A stretch of 64,000 nt of DNA from an uncultured Gemmatimonadales bacterium. Lineage in GTDB: Bacteria; Gemmatimonadota; Gemmatimonadetes; Palauibacterales; Palauibacteraceae. The stretch is taken from NCBI GenBank assembly GCA_963783385.1, contig CAWANJ010000001.1:576001-640000 (forward strand), in the 5' to 3' direction. A program made the translations under genes and the position numbers. This document shows, piece after piece, positions 12,531 through 23,129 of this stretch (the first letter of the stretch is position 1; the number at the start of each line of letters is the position of its first letter). The notes beneath the pieces are model-generated. The model searched no databases, was not told where the DNA came from, and worked only from the letters and a program-made list of their open reading frames with translations.

Positions 12531-12553
12531 CGGACCTCCTTCGCGCCCTGTCC

Positions 12554-15118
12554 TCAGCCGCTACGGGCGCGCTTGGCCTCCAGGAGCTCGACGGCCTGCT
12601 CCAGCGTCACGTCGTCGGGCGAGGTGCCCTTGGGCAGCGAGGCGTTGGTGCCGTCGTGCTTGACGTAGGGGCCGTAGCGCCCGGCGAAGAGCTGCACCGG
12701 CTTGCCGTCCTCGGGGTGCTCCCCGAGGCTCCGGATCGGACCCGAGCGCCCCCGGCGACGGCCCTTCTTGGGCTCCGCCAGGAGCTCCAGGGCGCGCTCG
12801 AGCGAGATGTCCAGCGGGTCGTCGTCCGCCTTGAGGGATCGGTAGTCCCCCTCGTGGACCACGTACGGACCGTAGCGCCCGATGCCCACCTTGATCGGCT
12901 TGCCGTCGTCCGGATGCTCGCCGATCGGGTAGGGCATCGCCAGGAGCTTGAGCGCCTGCTCCAGGTCGACGTCCTCGTATTCGAGGCCCTCGGGCAGCGA
13001 GGTGCGCTTCGGCTTTCCCCCGCCCTCCCCCTTCTCGCCCAGCTGGACGTAGGGCCCGAACCGGCCGGTGAGGACGAAGACGGTGTGTCCCGTCTCCGGG
13101 TCCTTCCCCAGCTCGCGGGGCCCCTCCGCCTTGCGCTCCAGCAGCTCGAGCGCGTCCTCCTCGCGCAGATCGGCGGGCGCCACGCCCTCCGGGACCGAAG
13201 CCGTGAGGCGATCGCCGTTTCGCTCCAGCTCCAGGAACGGGCCGTACTTGCCGATCCGAACGCGAGGCTCGAGGTCCTCGAGTACGACCGTCGACGCTTC
13301 GCGCGGATCGATCTTGTCCTCGCGCTCCTCCAGCCGGGCATCCAGTCCCTCGGAGCCGGAATAGAAGTCGGACAGCCACTCGCGCCAGTCGACGTCGCCC
13401 TCGGCGATCCGGTCCAGGGCACTCTCCATCTGCGCCGTGAAGCCCGTGTCCACCAGGTCCGGGAAGTGGTCCTCCAGCAGGTGCGTCACCGCGAAGGCGG
13501 TCCACGTGGGGACGAGCTGCTTGCCGTCCTTCTCCGCGTAGCCGCGCTCCTGGATGGTCGAGATGATCGCGGCGTACGTGCTCGGCCGCCCGATCCCCTC
13601 GCTCTCGAGCGCCTTCACCAGCGTGGCCTCGGTGTAGCGCGCCGGCGGTCGCGTCTCGTGCGATTGGGCCTCGAGCTCCCGCAGCGTGAGGACGTCACCT
13701 TCCTCGAGGTCCGGGAGGAGGACCTCCTGGTCCTCGAGCGCGGCCTCGGGGTCGTCGGAGCCCTCCACGTAGGCCCGGAAGAAGCCCGCGAACTCGAGCA
13801 CCTTTCCGCTCGCCCGGAACTCCGCGTCGTCGGCCTCGATGCGGACGGTGAGGTGACGCTGACGCGCATCGGCCATCTGCGTGGCGACGGTGCGCTTCCA
13901 GATGAGGTCGTAGAGGCGCGCCTCCCCGCCCGAGAGCCCCAGCTCCTCCACGGTCCGCATCCGGGTACCGGCCGGCCGGATGGCCTCGTGGGCCTCCTGG
14001 GCGGCCTTGGCCTTCGTGCGGTAGCGCCGTGCCGAGGGGCTCAGGAACTCTTCGCCGTACAGGTCCTGCACCCGCGAGCGCGCGGCGGAGATGGCCTGTT
14101 CGGACAGGTTGACGGAGTCCGTGCGCATGTAGGTGATGTGCCCGGCCTCATAGAGGCTCTGGGCGAATCGCATCGTCTGGCGGGCGGAGAGGTTGAGCTT
14201 TCGGTTGGCCTCTTGCTGGAGGCTCGAGGTGGTGAACGGCGGATAGGGGCTCCGCGTGGAGCGCCGCTCGTCGATGCCCGCCACCCGGAACTCGACCCCC
14301 GCCAGGCGGTCCCTGAGCGCGGAAGCCTCCTCCTCGTCCAGCAGGAGGACCTCCCGGCCCTCGATCAGGCTCCCCGTGTGCTCGTCGAAGTCCTGCCCCG
14401 AAGGCACGCGGACGCCACCGACCTGGGCGAGCCCGGCGTCGAACACCTTGCCGTGCGAAGCCAGGTGCGCCGCCAGGTCCCACCACGTGGCGGCGTGGAA
14501 GGCGCGGCGCTGGCGCTCGCGCACGACCAGGAGACGCACGGCCACCGACTGCACGCGGCCGGCCGAGAGACCCGGCGAGATCTTCTTCCACAGCAGTGGC
14601 GACAGCCGGTAGCCGACGAGCCGGTCCAGGATTCGCCTGGCCTGCTGCGCCTCGACCTGCTTCATGTCGATCGGACCGGGATGCTCGAGCGCCTCCTGGA
14701 GGGCCTCGGGCGTGATCTCGTGGAAGGTGATGCGGCGGAACCGCTCACCGTTCTCGCGCTCGAAGCCCAGCTCCCGGGCCACGTGGTAGGCGATCGCCTC
14801 TCCCTCGCGGTCGGGGTCGGTGGCCAGCAGGACGTCCTCCGCGCCCCGCGCCGCCGAGCGCAGCTCCTTGAGCAGCTTACCCTTACCCCGGATCGTAACG
14901 TACTCGGGCTCGAAGCCGGCCTCGACGTCGACGCCGAGATCACTCTTGGGGAGGTCCTTGACGTGTCCCACCGTGGCCTCGACCCGGTACTCCTTACCCA
15001 GGTACCCGCCCAGAGTCCGGGCCTTGGCCGGCGACTCCACGATGATCAGGTGCGGCGTACTGCTTCCGCCGCGCCGCTTCTTCTTGCCACCCTTCTTCGT
15101 GGTGCTTGCCTCAGACAT
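12554..15118 (-). CDS. topA: DNA topoisomerase I with C-terminal GR(F/Y)GPY repeats and no Zn ribbons
   Basis: IVESPAKA, ATDPDREGEAI, SAGRVQS, ITYMRTDS; four G(K/R)(F/Y)GP(Y/F) repeats; ATG 15118 has a GAGG RBS. Confidence 0.97.
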   Translation of the reverse strand: MSEASTTKKGGKKKRRGGSSTPHLIIVESPAKARTLGGYLGKEYRVEATVGHVKDLPKSDLGVDVEAGFEPEYVTIRGKGKLLKELRSAARGAEDVLLATDPDREGEAIAYHVARELGFERENGERFRRITFHEITPEALQEALEHPGPIDMKQVEAQQARRILDRLVGYRLSPLLWKKISPGLSAGRVQSVAVRLLVVRERQRRAFHAATWWDLAAHLASHGKVFDAGLAQVGGVRVPSGQDFDEHTGSLIEGREVLLLDEEEASALRDRLAGVEFRVAGIDERRSTRSPYPPFTTSSLQQEANRKLNLSARQTMRFAQSLYEAGHITYMRTDSVNLSEQAISAARSRVQDLYGEEFLSPSARRYRTKAKAAQEAHEAIRPAGTRMRTVEELGLSGGEARLYDLIWKRTVATQMADARQRHLTVRIEADDAEFRASGKVLEFAGFFRAYVEGSDDPEAALEDQEVLLPDLEEGDVLTLRELEAQSHETRPPARYTEATLVKALESEGIGRPSTYAAIISTIQERGYAEKDGKQLVPTWTAFAVTHLLEDHFPDLVDTGFTAQMESALDRIAEGDVDWREWLSDFYSGSEGLDARLEEREDKIDPREASTVVLEDLEPRVRIGKYGPFLELERNGDRLTASVPEGVAPADLREEDALELLERKAEGPRELGKDPETGHTVFVLTGRFGPYVQLGEKGEGGGKPKRTSLPEGLEYEDVDLEQALKLLAMPYPIGEHPDDGKPIKVGIGRYGPYVVHEGDYRSLKADDDPLDISLERALELLAEPKKGRRRGRSGPIRSLGEHPEDGKPVQLFAGRYGPYVKHDGTNASLPKGTSPDDVTLEQAVELLEAKRARSG

Positions 15119-15288
15119 GTCCCTCGTTCGGAATCTGGGGTTCGTGGAGCGCTCCGGTGTCGCCTGCACGTGGTAGCCGCGGGACGGCGCCGTGTTCCGC
15201 CCCCGAATCCGTCCCGGGACCCGGACGTCCCGCCGGCCGCCGTCGGTCCCGGGGCTCGTCGGTCAACCGGCGACGACGACGGATCGCG

Positions 15289-15813
15289 TCAGCGAACATC
15301 GATGAGCTCGATCACGCGCTCGGCCACCTGCTCGATCGTGCGTCCATCCGTGTCCACCGTGAGCTCGGCTCTGGCGTACGCACCCAGTCGCTCGTCCAGG
15401 ATCCGTTGGACGGATGCCTCGGGTTCCCCCGGGTCCAGCATCGGCCGCGTGCCAAGCTCGCCCCCCAGACGTCGGACCACGACCGGCGGGCTGACTCTCA
15501 GCCACACGCGGACGGCGTCCGGCCACCGGTCCCGCAGCGGGGGACGCGCCATCCAGCCGCCCCCGGTGGCCATGACCACAGGCCGGAGCTCGTCGAGCGC
15601 TTCCGTGGCGCGTGCCTCCAGGTCCCGGAACGCCGCCTCTCCTTCCGCCGCGAAGATGGCGGGGATGGACCGTCCGGCCAGCGCCTCGACCTCCGCATCC
15701 AGGTCCACGAAGCGATATCGGAGCCGGGCGGCCAGGAGCCGACCCACGCTGGACTTCCCCGCCGCCGTGAAGCCTACCAGAACGACGCGTTCGGGAAGGC
15801 CGCGCCCCGTCAT
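15289..15813 (-). CDS. aroK: Shikimate kinase
   Basis: GFTAAGKS P-loop, DLD, GEAAFR, ATGGG, RP; ATGA overlap with the aroC stop. Confidence 0.9.
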   Translation of the reverse strand: MTGRGLPERVVLVGFTAAGKSSVGRLLAARLRYRFVDLDAEVEALAGRSIPAIFAAEGEAAFRDLEARATEALDELRPVVMATGGGWMARPPLRDRWPDAVRVWLRVSPPVVVRRLGGELGTRPMLDPGEPEASVQRILDERLGAYARAELTVDTDGRTIEQVAERVIELIDVR

Positions 15814-17014
15814 GCCGGACCGAAGCGTCGATCCGCGATCCGGTCCAGGTACGCCTCGAAGTGGTCCCGCGTCTCGGCCAGGGAATCCCCGCCGCACTTC
15901 TCCAGCAGCGCATCGGCGAGCACGATGGCCACCATGGCCTCGCCCACGATGCCGGCCGCGGGCACGGCGCACACGTCGCTTCGCTCCCGCACGGCCCGCG
16001 CCTTCTCGCCCGTGTGGACATCGACGCTGTCGAGCGGCCGCATGAGCGAGCTGAGGGGCTTCATGGCGACGCCGACGACCACGGGCTCCCCGGTGGTCGT
16101 GCCTCCCTCCAGCCCGCCCGCGTTGTTTCGACGGCGGCAGAATCCGCCGCTGCGGCGTCGGGCGGGATCCCGGTCGATCTCGTCGTGGACTTCCGAGCCG
16201 CGCCGGCGGGCGGCCTCGAAGCCCATCCCGATCTCGACCCCTTTCTGGGCCTGGATCGACATGAGGGCTCCGGCGAGCCTCCCGTCGAGACGACGATCCC
16301 ACGACACGTGGCTTCCGAAGCCCACCGGCATGCCCGTGGCCACCACCTCGAACACGCCGCCCAGGGTGTCTCCCTCCGAGCCGGCCCGGTCGATGGCTTC
16401 CACCATGGCCCGCGAAGCCTCCGGGTCCAGACAGCGCACCGGCGACTCCGCCGCGGCGACGTTGATGTCCTCGGGCATGGGGTCGGGCCGTCGCGCCTCG
16501 ACCCCCCCAGGGAGACCACGTGGCTCCCGACGCGCACCCCGAACTCGGCCAGGAGACGGCGCGCCACCGCCCCGGCGGCCACCCTGGCGGAGGTCTCGCG
16601 CGCGCTGGAGCGCTCGAGGATGTCGCGGGCGTCCGTGCGATCGTACTTCAGGAGGCCGACCAGGTCGGCGTGCCCCGGCCTCGGCAGGTACACCCGGCGC
16701 AGCGCCTCGTCGTCGGCGTCGGGCACCGGCTTCACGGACATGGGGGTCCGCCAGTTGTCCCAGTCCCTGTTCACGATCCACACGGCCAGGGGAGAGCCCA
16801 GGGTCTCTCCCAGGCGCACGCCGCTGAGGATCTCGCCGGCGTCCTCCTCGATGGCCATGCGCCCGCCGCGGCCGTAGCCCCCCTGGCGGCGGGCCAGATC
16901 GCGGGCGATGTCGAGCGGCTGCAGCGGGAGTCCCGCCGGCACGCCCTCGACGATGACCAGCATCCCCTTGCCGTGGGACTCGCCGGCCGTCGTGAACCGA
17001 AAGTGGGTCAGCAT
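15810..17014 (-). pseudogene. aroC: Chorismate synthase interrupted by a 1-nt frameshift at 16502-16508 (likely a sequencing error)
   Basis: N-half (TAGESHG, RPGHAD, RSSARET) and C-half ([17 protein letters not shown]) are in different frames; one extra G in the G7 run joins them. Confidence 0.88.
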
Positions 17015-17172
17015 GCTGCGATCACTCCCCGTCCTCGCCCTCCTCGCCATCGCCCTTTCGCACCGCGGCCAATGGTAACCCGGGTCCCGCGGGGGGAAAG
17101 CGCGCGGGCCGGCCGACGCGCGGTGCGCCGGCCGGCCCGTGTGCCGGAGTCGACGGGTCGAGATCCGTGCGC

Positions 17173-19056
17173 TCACATGTTGGAATTCGACGGCCCGTCC
17201 GCGGCCGGCCCGTCCCCGACGATGTGCGGCGTCACGAGGATGATCAGATCCCGCTTCTCCTCGTTGTGTGACTGCGTCTTGAACAGGTTGCCCAGGATCG
17301 GGATGTCCATGAGGAGCGGAATCCCGCTCTCGGTACGGTTCACCTGGCTCTCGGTGAGTCCGCCGATCACGGCCGTCTGGCCGTTGTTGAGCAGGACCCG
17401 GCTGTCGCCCGTCTGCTCGGAGAAGTTGTAGCCCAGGCCGCCGATGTTCGACTTGTCCTGGACCTCCGAGCGCTCCGCGTGCAGGTCGACGAGGATCTGG
17501 TTGTTGTTCGTGATGTGCGGCGTCACCTGCAGGATGATGCCGGTGTCCTCGAACTGCACGTTCACCGTGGCCTGCTGGAGCTGGGCCTGGGGCTCGAGGA
17601 TCCGGATCGGCGTGCGCTCGCCCACCTGGATGCGGGCCGTGTGGTTGTCGACGACCTGGATGGCCGGAGCCGCCTGGACGTCGGTGAGGCCGTGCTGCTG
17701 CAGCGCCTCGAGGAAGGTGAACAGCGAGAACTGGCCGATGGCCGTCTCCGCGAGAATCTGCAGGGCGTTGTCGGTGGTGAACGCGCCGGCGTTGGCCACC
17801 GCCGCCACCGAGCTACCGGCCAGGTTCACGAAGGTCTGCTTGAACTTCGACTGGTTCTGCTGGCTCTGGCCGCTCGTCTGGTTGGCCTGGTCGGTCGGCT
17901 GGATCGGCGCCGTGAACTGGGCGCCCCGCCGGTCCTTGAGGTCGTAAGCGATCCCGAGGTTCCGGAGGTTCGTCCGGTCCACGAACACGATCTTGGCCTC
18001 GATCGACACCTGCGGGATCTTGCGGTCCAGCGCGTGCACGAGGCTGTCCATGCGCGCCACCACCGGCGGCGCGTCTGAGACGATGACGGAGTTCGTGCCC
18101 TTGTAGGCCACCACCTGTCCCTTCGATGTGGCCAGCTGCTTCAGCGTGGCGGCCACCGAGTCGGCGCCCGCGTAGTTGATCCGGAACACCCGCGTCACCG
18201 TCTGCAGGGTGTCCTGGCTGTGCAGGTTGGCCAGCTTGTCGACGACGATGATGCCGCTCTGCATGCGCCGCCATCCGAGCCCCTGCGCGGAGAGGATCGC
18301 GTCGAGCGCCACGTCCCACGGCTGGTTGCGGATGTCCACGCCGCGCACGGTCATGTTGGCCGCGTCGGCGCTCGGAACGATGGACACGCCCGAGAACTCC
18401 GAGAAGCCGGCCAGCACGTCGAGCATCGACGCGCTGTCGTAGGTCACGGAGATGCGAGGCTGGCCCGTCGCGGGCTGCGCCACCGGGAGGCGAGCCGAGG
18501 CCGGATGGACGGGCGAGCGCGCCGGCACGCTGAGCGACGCATGCCCGGCATCCATGGCCGACCGGTCGGCGACCGGCTGGACCGGTGCTCCGACCGCGGT
18601 GTCGTCGGCACCGGACGCGTCGGAGGCGAGAGCCGCGTCACCCGTGGTCCATGGCGCGAAGTCGGAGCCGGGGTTGGCGAAGCGGAGCCTCACCTGGGGC
18701 CCGTCACGCACCACCTGGTAGCTCTCGTGGCGGCTCAGGTCGAAGACCAGGCGGACCACGTCGTCGCGGAACTGGCTCGTCCGCAGCCGGACCACGCCGC
18801 CACGGCCGATGTCCTCGTAGTCGCTCCGGGGAAGCGCGTGCCGCGCCCCCTGCACGTCCACGATGAGGCGGGCCGGGTCGGCGAGCTGGAAGTCCTTCAC
18901 CTGGACCGGTCCGCTGGTCAGGATCGTGATCTCGGTCTGCTGGCCGGCGAGCGCGATCCGCACCTCGTTCACCGACCCCGCGGGGGTGCTCGGGCCACCC
19001 GGAGGCATGAAACCCCAGAGCGCGAGCAAGGCGGGGAGTAGGCTCCGAATGATCAT
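17173..19056 (-). CDS. pilQ: Type IV pilus secretin PilQ
   Basis: Signal peptide, AMIN domain ([14 protein letters not shown]), [33 protein letters not shown]. Confidence 0.95.
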   Translation of the reverse strand: MIIRSLLPALLALWGFMPPGGPSTPAGSVNEVRIALAGQQTEITILTSGPVQVKDFQLADPARLIVDVQGARHALPRSDYEDIGRGGVVRLRTSQFRDDVVRLVFDLSRHESYQVVRDGPQVRLRFANPGSDFAPWTTGDAALASDASGADDTAVGAPVQPVADRSAMDAGHASLSVPARSPVHPASARLPVAQPATGQPRISVTYDSASMLDVLAGFSEFSGVSIVPSADAANMTVRGVDIRNQPWDVALDAILSAQGLGWRRMQSGIIVVDKLANLHSQDTLQTVTRVFRINYAGADSVAATLKQLATSKGQVVAYKGTNSVIVSDAPPVVARMDSLVHALDRKIPQVSIEAKIVFVDRTNLRNLGIAYDLKDRRGAQFTAPIQPTDQANQTSGQSQQNQSKFKQTFVNLAGSSVAAVANAGAFTTDNALQILAETAIGQFSLFTFLEALQQHGLTDVQAAPAIQVVDNHTARIQVGERTPIRILEPQAQLQQATVNVQFEDTGIILQVTPHITNNNQILVDLHAERSEVQDKSNIGGLGYNFSEQTGDSRVLLNNGQTAVIGGLTESQVNRTESGIPLLMDIPILGNLFKTQSHNEEKRDLIILVTPHIVGDGPAADGPSNSNM

Positions 19057-19553
19057 CCTGACGTCTCCTTGTCCTGCTTCTTGACCCGGAGGACCTCCGT
19101 ACGGCTCTGGCCGAAGCCCGAGACCACGAAGGAGACCTCACCGGGACGGATTTTCTGGACCCGGGCCTGGCCCAGGCGTTCGCTCTCGTGCACCCTGTAG
19201 CGCTTGCCGGTAGTCCTGTCGAGAAGCACGGCGACGCTGCCCAGGGTCTCGTTGTAGATGACGCCCGTGAGCTCGAGGTCCTCGAAGCGGGGCCCCAGTG
19301 CCTCGCCGGCCCGAACGGGCTCGAAGGGATTGCGGATGCCGCCCGGGAAGTGGAACACCTCCCGTCGGTAGTCCAGCGCCACTCCCTGCGAAGGCTGCCC
19401 GGAAGCGGCGGCCGTCGTGTCGGCCGCCTGCCCCTGGCCGGACTGCTGGGCTCGGCCCGTCGCGGGCGTCACCGCGACGGCCGCCAGCGCGACGGCCATG
19501 GCCCCAACCCGTGCCAGCCGAAGGGTCACCGGGGATCGTCTACTTCCCGTCAT
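19053..19553 (-). CDS. pilP: PilP-like pilus assembly protein
   Basis: RNPF motif, LELTGVI beta domain, located between pilO and pilQ. Confidence 0.7.
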   Translation of the reverse strand: MTGSRRSPVTLRLARVGAMAVALAAVAVTPATGRAQQSGQGQAADTTAAASGQPSQGVALDYRREVFHFPGGIRNPFEPVRAGEALGPRFEDLELTGVIYNETLGSVAVLLDRTTGKRYRVHESERLGQARVQKIRPGEVSFVVSGFGQSRTEVLRVKKQDKETSG

Positions 19554-20160
19554 TGGCGCCCCCCTTTGCGGACGATCCGGGCTTGTTCCCGGCCGCGTCG
19601 GGCGGGATCACGAAGCTCTCCAGGCCGAAGCTCGCGGTCACCAGCTGCCGGCCCGAGGGTGTCTGCTCGGCCGGCCGGATCTCGGAGACCTCGGGCCGGA
19701 CGATGCGGTCGAAGGACGCGACCCGCGTGAGGAACTGGCCCACCGACTGATAGTCGCCCTTGACCTGCATTTGCCAGTCCTGGTGCAGGTAGTAGCTGCC
19801 CGAGTCCGCCTTGGGCAGAGCGGGCACCACCTGCTGCAGCTCCAGCCCCAGGCTCTGGCTCTGGCGGGCGATGGCCTCGTAGATCTGGGGTACCTCGGCC
19901 CGGGACGGGACGAGCTTCTGGAGGGCCTGGTACAGCCCCTCGTCGTGGGCGAGCTCCTCCCGGAGCTTGTCCAGGTTCCCGGTGCGGGCCTGGGCCTGCC
20001 GGTTCTGGAACTGGACCTGCGCGACGCGGTCCTCGAGCTCGTTCTGCTTCGTACGGGTCGGCGAATACACGTACATCCAGAACAGCACGAGCACGACGAG
20101 CGCGCCCAGGATGCCCAGGAAGCGCTTCTGGTCACGGGGGTCCGGCGGCAGGAGCGCCAT
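19540..20160 (-). CDS. pilO: Type IVa pilus protein PilO
   Basis: N-terminal TM, coiled coil, GDYQSVGQFL...RIV; GGAGG RBS before ATG 20160. Confidence 0.88.
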   Translation of the reverse strand: MALLPPDPRDQKRFLGILGALVVLVLFWMYVYSPTRTKQNELEDRVAQVQFQNRQAQARTGNLDKLREELAHDEGLYQALQKLVPSRAEVPQIYEAIARQSQSLGLELQQVVPALPKADSGSYYLHQDWQMQVKGDYQSVGQFLTRVASFDRIVRPEVSEIRPAEQTPSGRQLVTASFGLESFVIPPDAAGNKPGSSAKGGANDGK

Positions 20161-20161
20161 G

Positions 20162-20812
20162 TCAGGCACCTCCCTTGAGCAGCGGTGCGGTCGGCACCGA
20201 GTCCGGCGGCGGCGACCGGTAGCGAACCGTGAGGGTGAAGGCCTGCGCGGTGAGCCCCTTCATCTCCTGGGCCTGGGTGGAGACGATCTGGACGTCCGTC
20301 AGGTACGGTGAGCTCTCCAGGTTGTGCACGAACTGCGTGACCACGAGCGGGTTCGCCGCGGTTCCCAGCAGCTGTACCTGGACGTTGGGCAGGGGAGCCT
20401 CCCGCTTGATCGCCGTGAGCCAGGCCAGGTCGGGCAGCGCCCGGCCGATCTCGTCCAGCAGGTGGGGCCACACGAACCGATTACCGTCCAGCTGCTCCAC
20501 CAGGTCGACGCGCTTCTGAACCGCCGACCGCCGGCTGATCAGGCTGTCGCTGAGGACCCGCAGCTCTGCGAGCCGCGCCGAATCAGCCGTGGCCGCATCG
20601 AGCTGCTGCTGCAGCGAGTGGTCGCGCGAGCGCTGCATGAGCCACAGCGACAGCACGATGAGCGGAACGATGACGAGCACCGCAATGAGCCCGGCGTTCC
20701 ACGGATCCTCCCGGAACGACTGGAACCGCGCCGAGGACGGGAGGTTCACGGAGCGCCGCTTACGGCGTGCCTTCTTCTCGCCGCCGCTCGGATGAAGGTT
20801 GATCTCGATCAT
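20162..20812 (-). CDS. pilN: Type IVa pilus protein PilN
   Basis: IEINLHP (INLLP-like), TM, coiled coil, WLT, NLESSP. Confidence 0.88.
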   Translation of the reverse strand: MIEINLHPSGGEKKARRKRRSVNLPSSARFQSFREDPWNAGLIAVLVIVPLIVLSLWLMQRSRDHSLQQQLDAATADSARLAELRVLSDSLISRRSAVQKRVDLVEQLDGNRFVWPHLLDEIGRALPDLAWLTAIKREAPLPNVQVQLLGTAANPLVVTQFVHNLESSPYLTDVQIVSTQAQEMKGLTAQAFTLTVRYRSPPPDSVPTAPLLKGGA

Positions 20813-20829
20813 GCTCGCCCCGCCTCCTC

Positions 20830-21879
20830 TCAGGCCGGACGCCGCAGGGCGAGTCCGGTACACAGCATCATCATCGGACCCACCTCTTGGTATCCAAGCT
20901 CCTGGACGGCCGAGGGCTTGAGCTGGAGGCTCTCGACCGCGCTGGCCACCCGGGTCTCGACGCCGAGGCGCTCGGCGAGCGCGTCGGCCAATCCGGGCAC
21001 CCCCACGCCACCGCCGCACAGGTAGAGACGGCCGATTCCGGCGCCCACGGCCTGCGTCTCGAGGAACGCCGTGGCCCGCTCGACGCCCCGCGCCACCTCC
21101 TTGGCCCGCTCGGACAGGAAGAGGTTCAACGTCTCGTCCTCCCCCTCGCCCCGGAGCACCGCCTCGGCCTCGTCCGCCGTCACGCCCCGTTCGCGCTGGA
21201 GGTCCTGGGCCAGGCGCCGCGTCCCGAAGGTGAGGTCCCGGGTGAGGACCGGCACCCCGTCCTCGAGGATGTTCACGGTGGTGGAGTCGTGCCCGATGCT
21301 CACCAGGGCGGTGATGCCGGCCATGGCCTCGGGGTAGTTTAGCTCCAGCGCGTTGTGCAGGGCGAAGGCGTCGACGTCGACCACGGTCGGATTGAGCCCC
21401 GCCTCCTGCACGAGCGCGATCTTGTTCTCGACGAGCTCGCGCTTGGCAGCCACCAGGAGGACCGTCATCTGGAGGCCGTCCCCCTCGGGGTCGGTGATCT
21501 GGAAGTCGAGCTGCACGTTGTCCATGTCGAAGGGCACGTGCTGCTCCGCCTCCCACCGGATCACGTCCCGGGCGTCCGACTCGTCCATCCGGTCCATCTG
21601 GATCGTCTTGATGATCACGTCGCGGCCACCGACGCTGATCACGACGTCGTCACCGTCGATCCCGGTCTCGTCCCACAGCTCGCGGATCGTGTCCGCGACG
21701 AGCCCAGGGTCCACGACCTCGCCGTCGACGATGGCCGAGCCAGTGAGTTGCCGGAGCGCCATGCGCTCCAACTGCGGCACATCCTTGGCGTGGTCGACGA
21801 CCGCCGCCTTGATGACGCCGCTTCCGATGTCGAGGCCGATGGACTTCTTCCGCCGGCCGAACCCGAGTGAAGGAAGCAT
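20830..21879 (-). CDS. pilM: Type IVa pilus protein PilM
   Basis: IGLDIGS, WEAEQHVPF, VDVDAFAL, LCGGG, GLALR. Confidence 0.95.
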   Translation of the reverse strand: MLPSLGFGRRKKSIGLDIGSGVIKAAVVDHAKDVPQLERMALRQLTGSAIVDGEVVDPGLVADTIRELWDETGIDGDDVVISVGGRDVIIKTIQMDRMDESDARDVIRWEAEQHVPFDMDNVQLDFQITDPEGDGLQMTVLLVAAKRELVENKIALVQEAGLNPTVVDVDAFALHNALELNYPEAMAGITALVSIGHDSTTVNILEDGVPVLTRDLTFGTRRLAQDLQRERGVTADEAEAVLRGEGEDETLNLFLSERAKEVARGVERATAFLETQAVGAGIGRLYLCGGGVGVPGLADALAERLGVETRVASAVESLQLKPSAVQELGYQEVGPMMMLCTGLALRRPA

Positions 21880-21937
21880 AGACTTTGGCCTAGTAACCGT
21901 CCGGCGCGGACACAGTATGGTGGGGCGGGACCGCGAA

Positions 21938-21967
21938 AAGCTACCCTCACCCCTGCCCGGGTGTCAA
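21938..21967 (-). promoter_or_regulatory. Candidate sigma-70 promoter for pilMNOPQ
   Basis: TTGACA-N18-TAGCTT on the minus strand, about 60 nt upstream of pilM. Confidence 0.45.
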
Positions 21968-21999
21968 ACCGCGGGCATCCGCGCTCGCTTAGGGATTCT

Positions 22000-23127
22000 C
22001 TAGAAGCTCTGCGACCAGGTTCCCGGCTCCTGGATCAGCACGGCGAGCGACTTGCCCGCGTTGGCCAGGTTGCAGCTGTGGTACCGGTAGCGCTTGGTGC
22101 CGTTGAGTACGTCGCCGAGGTCGTCGGAGGTGACGTTCTGGCCCAGGAGGCTGTTCAGGCCCGACATGACGGCCCCGTCCAGGCGGCCCTGTCCGTTGTC
22201 GGTCACCGAGCCTCCAACCATCACCATCCCGTCCCAGTTGAAGTTGCCCTTGAGGGTCGCGTTCCCGCCGACGATGAGGACGCCCCGTCCCGCCTCCCCG
22301 CTGCCGAACGTCCCGTTCCCGTCCACGTAGATCACGGGCCACTCGTCCGAAGGCAGCGTCGAGAAGTCGGGAAAGGCGTCGGGCGGGACTTCGTAGGTGT
22401 GGGGGAAGCGGTCCCCGGACAGGATGGACTGCCACTCCGTCGCCGTCATCACGCCCTGGAACGGAGTGGGCGTCTCCAGGATCTTCGGGTCGCCGGTGAT
22501 CATGTCGTCCTTACCCGACCAGCCGGCCGGGGGAAGCACGACGCCCGCCTTCTGCGGCTTCTGACCGCACTGGTCGGTCCCGTCAATGCCCCCGGAGGCG
22601 CCGTTCTTCTTCACTCCCCCGCCCGACGTGAGCGCACCCGGCGGGATGGGAAGCATGTTGATGTCCAGGAGCGCCACGGTGGTCACGGTCCGGCTCGTGC
22701 CGCGCGTGGTGCCGGTCGAGCTCAGCTCCCACACCGATCCGTTGCTGCCCAGGTCCACGAGCTGGCTCGGAGTCACCGTGGCCGAGCCGCGCGTGCCGTA
22801 GGAGTACGTTTCGGCGCTGGACGGCGTGCCGCGGTGCGTGCCCAGGTACTGGCTCAGCCCGGCGTCGGCCACGTAGAGCGCGTCGACGACGTCCCGGTAG
22901 TTCGTGGCCGTCTTGCGCTCGGAGTTGGCCATGAGGAAGCCACCGGTCGCCAGCGCCGTCAGCCCCACCAGCGCGAGGAGCGCTACCAGGAGCGCGAATC
23001 CCTCCTGGCGGACCCTGTCCCGTGACCCGATGTCGGACGGCGCCGGTCGGCGTCCCGGAGCCTTCGAAGGTCGGCGGGTGGAACCGTCGGAGTGCAGCAT
23101 GGTCGACTCCATCGCTCGTGGGCGCAT
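22000..23127 (-). CDS. PilX-like minor pilin with large C-terminal domain (start uncertain: 23127, 23112 or 23100)
   Basis: G|FALLVALL cleavage site lacking Glu5, ALYVADAGL helix; follows pilV-pilW. Confidence 0.75.
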   Translation of the reverse strand: MRPRAMESTMLHSDGSTRRPSKAPGRRPAPSDIGSRDRVRQEGFALLVALLALVGLTALATGGFLMANSERKTATNYRDVVDALYVADAGLSQYLGTHRGTPSSAETYSYGTRGSATVTPSQLVDLGSNGSVWELSSTGTTRGTSRTVTTVALLDINMLPIPPGALTSGGGVKKNGASGGIDGTDQCGQKPQKAGVVLPPAGWSGKDDMITGDPKILETPTPFQGVMTATEWQSILSGDRFPHTYEVPPDAFPDFSTLPSDEWPVIYVDGNGTFGSGEAGRGVLIVGGNATLKGNFNWDGMVMVGGSVTDNGQGRLDGAVMSGLNSLLGQNVTSDDLGDVLNGTKRYRYHSCNLANAGKSLAVLIQEPGTWSQSF

Positions 23128-23129
23128 GA

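Noticed and set aside
12110-16045. 1311-aa plus-strand ORF, and similar long ORFs at 8401-11031, 38884-42618, 46823-49891, 49810-52422 and 60201-63293
   Set aside because: Antisense shadows of well-supported genes; high GC3 removes stops on the opposite strand; no motifs
15289-19056. pilQ adjacent to aroC/aroK as a novel link
   Set aside because: pilQ-aroK linkage is long known in Proteobacteria
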